Assembly: GCA_027062325.1 (NCBI GenBank)
Contig: JAMOTN010000003.1
Span: 1-59,065, forward strand
Reading direction: 5' to 3'
Length of the DNA stretch: 59,065 nucleotides
Source: a bacterium
GTDB lineage: Bacteria; JAMOTN01
Shown here: piece after piece, positions 53,616 to 59,065 of the stretch
How the letters are laid out: every line of letters begins with the position of its first letter
How positions within the stretch are numbered: the first letter of the stretch is position 1
Program-made: the position numbers and the translations under genes
Notes under the pieces: generated by a model
The model's database searches: none
The model's input: the letters and a program-made list of their open reading frames with translations, nothing else
Told to the model about the DNA's origin: nothing

Positions 53616-54890
53616 TCAAGCCTTCGGGCGCTGGTTCTTTAGTATCGAATTACCAAACACTAGGTTATCCCTGGCAAACATCATTGTAAAAACAAATGAA
53701 AGTATCACATAAGGTGCAAGTTCTATCCTTCCCGTTAACTCCAATGAAAATATCAACATAGAAATAGGTGCTTGAAAAACAAAACTAAACATCCCAGCAA
53801 TTCCTACAACGAAAAACATATCTGGTTTCAAATCAAACAATAAAGCATAGCTAACACCTAACAAACCACCTATTACCAGAGTGGGCGCAACTATACCAGC
53901 GGGAACTCCAATACCAGCAACCATTGAAATAATAAGTAACTCCACTCCAAAAGCCACCAACGCTTCCCTCAACCCCAATGTTATTTTTCCCGACAGAAAC
54001 ATCTGCAACTTTCTCAAGAAAAATTCGGAACTAGAAAAAGCTGCATCTGTCAAACCAACTCCAAAAGCTGCTAATACTCCAACTCCAATTAGCACAGCAA
54101 CATATAACCCCTCTTTATATACCAATTTTTCTCTTAACCTCAAAAAATACGAAAACAACCTGATAAACACACTTCCTACAACGGCAATCAAAATGCCAAA
54201 AGATATCAAATGAATCGCATATACAGAATTGAAGGATATCTTATCTGAATCAATAACTCCTAAAAATGTGTAAGTTTGAAAATCCAACTTCGCTCTTACA
54301 AAGTATCCGGTAAACGCAGCCGCAAAAGCAGGCATAACGTACTCTTCCGCAATTCCCTTTTTAAAGAAGATTTCAACAGCAATCAATGCCGCAGCTATAG
54401 GGGTTTTAAACATCCAGGCAAACGAGGAAGCTACTGCCATAGTATAAAGATACCTATAGTCCTTTATCATATAACTTCCCATCAATGCAGCCACAATACA
54501 CGCCAAAAACATTGCAGGGCCAGTCTTCCCAGCAGCTATTCCCACACCGCTCACAATAAATACTGCAAAGGCATCAACTAAATTATCAATTCCAAGTTTT
54601 TTGTTTATATGATACGCATAAATTGCAGTATCAAAACTACTAAACGCCCTATCTATCCCCAAGATCCACCTCTTCATCCACACAACAAATACAGTAACAA
54701 ACGGGTAGAGTAAAAAAATCCAGTGATAATTTTTCCTCAACACAGTATAGCTCCAAATTGAAAAGTTATACGATCCAATAACAAAAGCTGAAACAACAAG
54801 GGCAGTAATACTACCAATAAGCACTGGCAAAACCAGCGAATAAAACAAACGATATAAAATTCTCAAAACCCTTGCTTTGAAAACTTCCAT
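53616..54890 (-). CDS. ClC/EriC-like channel/antiporter family membrane protein, divergent
   Basis: 424 aa, about 10-11 TM segments. GIAAGKTGPAMFL resembles G(K/R)EGP. GIGVPAGIVAPTLVIGGLLG resembles GxFxP. No canonical GSGIP motif seen. Confidence 0.45.
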   Translation of the reverse strand: MEVFKARVLRILYRLFYSLVLPVLIGSITALVVSAFVIGSYNFSIWSYTVLRKNYHWIFLLYPFVTVFVVWMKRWILGIDRAFSSFDTAIYAYHINKKLGIDNLVDAFAVFIVSGVGIAAGKTGPAMFLACIVAALMGSYMIKDYRYLYTMAVASSFAWMFKTPIAAALIAVEIFFKKGIAEEYVMPAFAAAFTGYFVRAKLDFQTYTFLGVIDSDKISFNSVYAIHLISFGILIAVVGSVFIRLFSYFLRLREKLVYKEGLYVAVLIGVGVLAAFGVGLTDAAFSSSEFFLRKLQMFLSGKITLGLREALVAFGVELLIISMVAGIGVPAGIVAPTLVIGGLLGVSYALLFDLKPDMFFVVGIAGMFSFVFQAPISMLIFSLELTGRIELAPYVILSFVFTMMFARDNLVFGNSILKNQRPKA

Positions 54891-54993
54891 AAAAGCTACA
54901 CTCCTATCTGCTAACTGTTATAACAAAATTTATAAAACTCATCATTTTTTTTATACTAAAACTTAGAAACTCCAAAGCAAAGAGGTGATAAGT

Positions 54994-56061
54994 ATGCCAA
55001 AGCTAATTTTAGCAATAAATCCCGGATCAACTTCAACAAAAGCAGCTATTTTTAAAGGAAGTGGAGAAGAGGTGGAGCTTCTTCACGCTAAAACGATTCG
55101 CCATTCTACTGATTCACTTCCTGATGATTTATTTAAGCAACTTCCTATAAGAACACAGCTCGTTTTAGAGTTTCTCAAAGAAAACAACGTAAAATTGGAA
55201 GATATTGATATATTCATTGGGAGAGGTGGACCAATAATCCCACTTGAGTCAGGAACTTATGTGGTTGATGAGAATATGGTAGAAATTCTCAAAACCAAAT
55301 ACACCGCTTATCATCCTTCACTACTTGGTGGACTAATCGCAAAAGAACTAGCTGATAAAGTAGGGAAGATGGCTTTTATAGCAGACCCAGTTTCTGTTGA
55401 TGAAATGTGGGATTGGGCACGCTTTTCCGGCCTCAAAGAAATCGAGAGAAAAAGCCTTGCTCACGCTCTAAATATCAAAGCAGTTATAAGAAGATTTTGC
55501 AAAAACAAAAACCTAAATTACAAAGACCTTAAGTTGGTAGTAGCACATCTAGGAGGCGGAATATCCGTCACCGCTCACGTCAGAGGTCAAATGGTTGACG
55601 TAAATAACGCAAACGACGAAGGTCCATTCAGTCCAGAAAGAACCGGGACTCTTCCTGTCACGCAACTGGTGCAGCTTTGCTACAGCGGCAAATACTCAGA
55701 AAAAGAGATGCTGAAATTGATAACTAAAAAAGGTGGTCTAGTTTCTTACCTTGGAACAAACGATGGAAAACTAATAGAAGATGAAATAAAAAAAGGCAAC
55801 AAAGAGTGGCAACTTGTATACGAAGCAATGTGTTACCAAATCAGCAAAGAAATAGGAGCCATGGCAGCAGCTGCAGGCGGAGTCGACTACATTATAATCA
55901 CCGGTGGACTGGCTCGTGATGAGTTTTTAATAAACTTTATAAAGAACCGCTGCTCATGGATAGCCCCAATCGAAGTCTATCCCGGCGAAGACGAGATGCT
56001 AGCACTCGCAGAAGCAGCATTCTTTGCTAGCAATAAAAAATCATACAAGACGCTGAATTAA
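54994..56061 (+). CDS. buk: butyrate (short/branched-chain acyl) kinase
   Basis: ATG 54994 (AGAGGTGA SD). ILAINPGSTSTKAAIF, VAHLGGGISV, ITGGLARDE. About 355 aa. Confidence 0.9.
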   Translation: MPKLILAINPGSTSTKAAIFKGSGEEVELLHAKTIRHSTDSLPDDLFKQLPIRTQLVLEFLKENNVKLEDIDIFIGRGGPIIPLESGTYVVDENMVEILKTKYTAYHPSLLGGLIAKELADKVGKMAFIADPVSVDEMWDWARFSGLKEIERKSLAHALNIKAVIRRFCKNKNLNYKDLKLVVAHLGGGISVTAHVRGQMVDVNNANDEGPFSPERTGTLPVTQLVQLCYSGKYSEKEMLKLITKKGGLVSYLGTNDGKLIEDEIKKGNKEWQLVYEAMCYQISKEIGAMAAAAGGVDYIIITGGLARDEFLINFIKNRCSWIAPIEVYPGEDEMLALAEAAFFASNKKSYKTLN

Positions 56062-56117
56062 AGTTTGTATAAAGTTAATAAACTGCGCCCTATAATCAAA
56101 TAAAAGAATTAAGTATA

Positions 56118-56906
56118 TCAATTGAGGGGTGGAGTGGTAATCGCTTTGTTAATTAATTTTTTCAGCTGCTCCACCTCTTTTTCTGTAAGATAACGCCACT
56201 CTCCCGGAAGCATTTTGCCAAGTTCGATATTGCCTATTCTTACCCTTAGAAGTTTTTTTATTTTCACACCTAAAGCAGCAAATGCCCTTCTTATAACTCT
56301 ATTTCTACCAAGCGTTATAACAAGTTTAAAAACCCAGTTATCTCCATCTTTAACTAATTCCACCCTGCATGGCTTAAACAAATATTCTCCTCTATCGTCT
56401 TTTAACCTCATTCCACACTTCAACCTTTCTAAAACTTTACTCACCAATCCTTTGCCCCGATATTTTTTCTTTAAGTCTGTCCAAACCCAATACTCCTTTT
56501 CAATACCAAAGTGTGGCTTTAACAGCTTCTGAGCCATATCTCCATCATTTGTAAAAAGCAATAAGCCTTCTGTATTGTAATCAAGCCTTCCTACTGGAAA
56601 AACCCTGGTTTGGAAATTTTTGAAGTAATCCATCACATTTTTTCTTTTATCCAAAATACTTCCTATTCGTTGGTTTCTAGTCGTTGTTAAAACTGCACGT
56701 GGTTTATAAAAAGCTATCCAGACACTTTCACCAATAGGCTCAACTCTTCTTCCATTAATTTCTACAATATCATCCTCACTAACATGGTAGGCTGGATTTA
56801 AAACTACCTCTCCGTTAACTTTGACTTTGCCCTTTAAAATATACTCTTTTTCTGCTCTTCTCCTTGACGCAACACCACATCTTGCCAAATAAAGATTAAG
56901 TCTCAT
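56118..56906 (-). CDS. rluB: RsuA/RluB-family pseudouridine synthase with N-terminal S4 domain
   Basis: RLNLYLARCGVASRRRAEKEYILKGKVKVNG (S4 domain). GRLDYNTEGLLLFTNDG (catalytic Asp motif). Confidence 0.75.
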   Translation of the reverse strand: MRLNLYLARCGVASRRRAEKEYILKGKVKVNGEVVLNPAYHVSEDDIVEINGRRVEPIGESVWIAFYKPRAVLTTTRNQRIGSILDKRKNVMDYFKNFQTRVFPVGRLDYNTEGLLLFTNDGDMAQKLLKPHFGIEKEYWVWTDLKKKYRGKGLVSKVLERLKCGMRLKDDRGEYLFKPCRVELVKDGDNWVFKLVITLGRNRVIRRAFAALGVKIKKLLRVRIGNIELGKMLPGEWRYLTEKEVEQLKKLINKAITTPPLN

Positions 56907-56917
56907 TCCTTCACCTT

Positions 56918-57859
56918 CTAATTTAACTCTAAAATTTCAAAATCCAAATTGTAAATATCCTTTAAGTACTTTGAAAAATTATTAACAGTACTATTTTGTG
57001 GCAAAATCACACGCCTTAAGTTATCTTTAAATTTTAGCAACAGTATTTCTAAAGGAAGATTAACCTTCAACTCTTCTACATTTAAATCACGCAACTTAAA
57101 CAAATTCAATAATTCAGTTTTATTATTTCTTCTTTCTCGCGGATGAAATTTTACAAGAATTTTTTCTTCTGGCGGCAAATTCAGAAATATTTTTCTCACC
57201 AAATCATCTGATTTTCTCTCAGCTGTCATAAAAGGCAAAACAAGCAATGTTAAATTACCATTCAAAATATTATCTTCTCCCTCAAAAAATTTCAGCATAA
57301 AATCAAAATCACTCTTCGAATAAAAGTACACTTTTTGGCATCTAACCCATTTATTTGAAAAACTAAAAAATGGAAACATATAACACTCATCGTAAAACAT
57401 CCTAGTCCCTGGGGCAAATATATCCTTTCTCTCTTGATAAAGGCCATCACTACCTAAACAGTAAATTATCTTTCTTTTATAAAAAACCTTATTCAAAAAA
57501 ACACTCAAACAAACGGCTGCCAGTTGAGACATTACCCTATCGTTAAAAATAACAACCTTTGAAAAATTTCTCAACCTTTTAAAAGACTTGAGAAAATTTT
57601 TGAAGGTGAACTTTCTTATTTCAAAATTCAACCTTCTATTTAAAATTTCCAAAACCGTAAAAGTCGCTGTGAAATTTCGCCTATAAACTAAGATAGCAAG
57701 TTTAGCAGCAGTCATTTCACTTGCCGAAAGTATCAACGGAATTTGCAAAGCATGTAAGGGAGTTGAAATCAAAAAAAGATAATCAAAAAAAGAACCTGAA
57801 GACTCCACATCAACTTCTAAATTAGTAATTCCGATTTGCCGTTTCAATTCTTCCTTCAA
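56918..57859 (-). CDS. hypothetical protein, possibly a GT-B-like glycosyltransferase
   Basis: Start moved to TTG 57859 (GGAGG 7 nt upstream), because the longer ORF runs through the tRNA-operon terminator. FLISTPLHALQ and KFHPRE faintly resemble GT52/capsule-polymerase motifs. Confidence 0.5.
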   Translation of the reverse strand: MKEELKRQIGITNLEVDVESSGSFFDYLFLISTPLHALQIPLILSASEMTAAKLAILVYRRNFTATFTVLEILNRRLNFEIRKFTFKNFLKSFKRLRNFSKVVIFNDRVMSQLAAVCLSVFLNKVFYKRKIIYCLGSDGLYQERKDIFAPGTRMFYDECYMFPFFSFSNKWVRCQKVYFYSKSDFDFMLKFFEGEDNILNGNLTLLVLPFMTAERKSDDLVRKIFLNLPPEEKILVKFHPRERRNNKTELLNLFKLRDLNVEELKVNLPLEILLLKFKDNLRRVILPQNSTVNNFSKYLKDIYNLDFEILELN

Positions 57860-57879
57860 AGCAATTCCTCCACAACAAT

Positions 57880-57910
57880 AAAAAAACCCGCACTTAAAAC
57901 TAAGTGCGGG
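57880..57910 (-). terminator. rho-independent terminator of the tRNA operon
   Basis: 10-bp stem CCCGCACTTA/TAAGTGCGGG with a 4-nt loop. It is followed on the minus strand by T7 (plus 57880-57886). Confidence 0.8.
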
Positions 57911-57922
57911 TATTATCGACAA

Positions 57923-57999
57923 TGGTAGGCGCGGGCGGACTTGAACCGCCGACCTCTTGCGCGTCAGGCAAGCGCTCTGACCAACTGAGCTACGCGCCT
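57923..57999 (-). tRNA. tRNA-Val (anticodon GAC), CCA encoded
   Basis: Folded by hand: acceptor AGGCGCG/CGCGCCT, D stem GCTC/GAGC, anticodon stem CTTGC/GCAAG with loop CTGACGC, T arm GGCGG-TTCAAGT-CCGCC, then A-CCA. Confidence 0.95.
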
Positions 58000-58009
58000 A
58001 TATAAAGAG

Positions 58010-58082
58010 CGCTCCCGACGGGATTTGAACCCGTGCTGCCGGCTTGAAAGGCCGGTGTCCTAGACCCCTAGACGACGGGAGC
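58010..58082 (-). tRNA. tRNA-Glu (anticodon TTC), CCA not encoded
   Basis: Acceptor GCTCCCG/CGGGAGC, D stem GTCT/GGAC, anticodon stem CCGGC/GCCGG with loop CTTTCAA, T arm ACGGG-TTCAAAT-CCCGT, discriminator G. Confidence 0.9.
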
Positions 58083-58098
58083 GCATCCCTTCCTCCGG

Positions 58099-58175
58099 TG
58101 GTGGGCCTGCCAGGACTCGAACCTGGAACCTACCGGTTATGAGCCGGGTGCTCTAGCCAATTGAGCTACAGGCCC
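58099..58175 (-). tRNA. tRNA with anticodon CAT (elongator type; Met or lysidine-dependent Ile2), CCA encoded
   Basis: Acceptor GGGCCTG/CAGGCCC with a G1-C72 pair, so not an initiator. Anticodon loop CTCATAA. T arm CCAGG-TTCGAGT-CCTGG. Confidence 0.9.
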
Positions 58176-58187
58176 GCTGCACTTCAC

Positions 58188-58216
58188 ATTTTATACCAAT
58201 CATTTACCTTTGTCAA
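58188..58216 (-). promoter_or_regulatory. consensus sigma70 promoter TTGACA-17-TAAAAT driving the tRNA operon
   Basis: On the minus strand, TTGACA (plus 58211-58216), a 17-nt spacer, then TAAAAT (plus 58188-58193), 12 nt before the tRNA 5' end. Confidence 0.6.
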
Positions 58217-58261
58217 GCACCAAGCCATTTTTATTCTTCTCGCTTTTCTCAAACTTTTCTT

Positions 58262-58640
58262 TTAATCGCTGCCAAAACTCTTCAAATAGAAAACTTGCAG
58301 TTTCCACAGTATGCCAACCCACATGCTATAATTTGCGCATGAGGAAGTTGAAAATTTGGTTTGTGTACTCATCGATTCATAAAAACCTCGCAATATCAAG
58401 TTGGTATCTGAAAACGCAAAGTTTTTGCTAAAAAGAGGGCATAATGTTTGGATTGGTAGGAGAAAAAACAAAAGATACATATTCTTTCCTTTCAAACCAC
58501 ATAATTTCCATTGGATCAGAAATCCCCTGCCACACTTTAAACACGTAACTCAAAAAAGCATTTGCATACCTTGTCAGAAACCTTTCACCAAATATCGCAA
58601 TCTTTGAAGGAGAACACACACTTTTTTTGTTTTTTCTCAC
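58262..58640 (-). pseudogene. possible frame-broken gene remnant
   Basis: Two consecutive minus-strand ORFs (58428-58640 and 58262-58495) overlap in different frames around a T-run (GTTTTTTCTCC). No good SD and no recognisable motif. Confidence 0.2.
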
Positions 58641-58959
58641 TCACTTAGAAAAATATTACCCCAAAAAACTTATCATGCGCGCCCAGCTAAATTTTTACGG
58701 TTTGTTCAAAAGGTTCGACCATTATAACAGTCCGTCTCCATCAACATTCGAAGGACTAAACACCATAATTTTTCCATCACAAAACAGTAAATTCTACTGG
58801 GAACAAGCAATAAAACACGTAAACCCATTGTGCAAAACCTTCTTTTTGTCAATTCCACCGATGACTTGCAGCAAGGCGAGAAAAATCAGGCAAGATTTTA
58901 GTCTAGCTCCTACTTGGGGCACTCACAGCTTTCCCTATTTTTTCAAAAAAATAAAAAAG

Positions 58960-59065
58960 GGCTGGCGGACACCTATTTTTCCACCCCTTCCCGGCGGGGC
59001 AGTATCGTCGGCTGTAGGGGGCTTAACTTCCGGGTTCGGCATGGCTCCGGGTGTTTCCCCCCTCA
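58960..59065 (-). rRNA. 5S rRNA, 3' portion (5' end beyond the window)
   Basis: The reverse complement reads GGGGAAACACCCGGAGCCATGCCGAACCCGGAAGTTAAGCCCCCTACAGCCGACGATACTGCC...AGGTGTCCGCCAGCC, which is the classic 5S loop B/C and helix IV/V sequence. A T-run follows. Confidence 0.85.

Noticed and set aside
54891-54984. Possible fluoride riboswitch upstream of the ClC-like gene
   Set aside because: I looked for the crcB-motif core (GGCGATGG...CTGATGATGCC) on the minus strand. I found only an isolated ATGATGAG, so there is no credible match.
57880-58216. tRNA cluster as a genomic-island integration site
   Set aside because: There is no integrase, no duplicated tRNA 3' fragment and no compositional break on either side. 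The flanking genes are housekeeping.
58675-59065. Plus-strand ORF open to the right edge (MRAQLNFYGLFKRF...)
   Set aside because: It has no SD, and its distal part is simply the antisense of the 5S rRNA gene.

Overview
This is an AT-rich, gene-dense chromosomal window with about 55 CDS. Genes run mostly on the minus strand up to ~47.6 kb, then mostly on the plus strand. Housekeeping genes dominate: ilvE, trmFO, murJ-like, ftsK, gltX, a def-fmt-DUF116-rsmB-rlmN operon, nadA, nadB, ndk, tsaC, radA, rtcB and rluB. A three-tRNA operon (CAT, Glu, Val) has its own consensus promoter and terminator. The 3' part of a 5S rRNA lies at the right edge. The host looks like an anaerobic, thermophile-like diderm: it has an SLH/coiled-coil/beta-barrel OmpM-type protein, the Kdo transferase WaaA, the TtuA tRNA thiolase, tandem ptb plus buk, and very GC-rich tRNAs in an AT-rich background. 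I found no transposase, integrase, CRISPR array or recognisable defence genes, so most of the window is ordinary core genome. The best candidate for something undescribed is at 31.2-39.0 kb. There an orphan Enzyme-I-like PEP phosphotransferase (no HPr or EII in the window) is translationally coupled to a 1,488-aa zinc-ribbon / polyacidic / HEAT-repeat protein, followed by two unknown proteins. Secondary leads are: a PASTA sensor and a catalytically dead kinase-like protein encoded as separate genes where Firmicutes have prkC; a lipoprotein-signal-bearing Memo-AMMECR1 fusion without its radical-SAM partner; and three small genes missing from the ORF track (ferredoxin, DUF1858 protein, 45-aa hydrophobic peptide). 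All functional calls rest on motif recognition by eye, and no database search was run.
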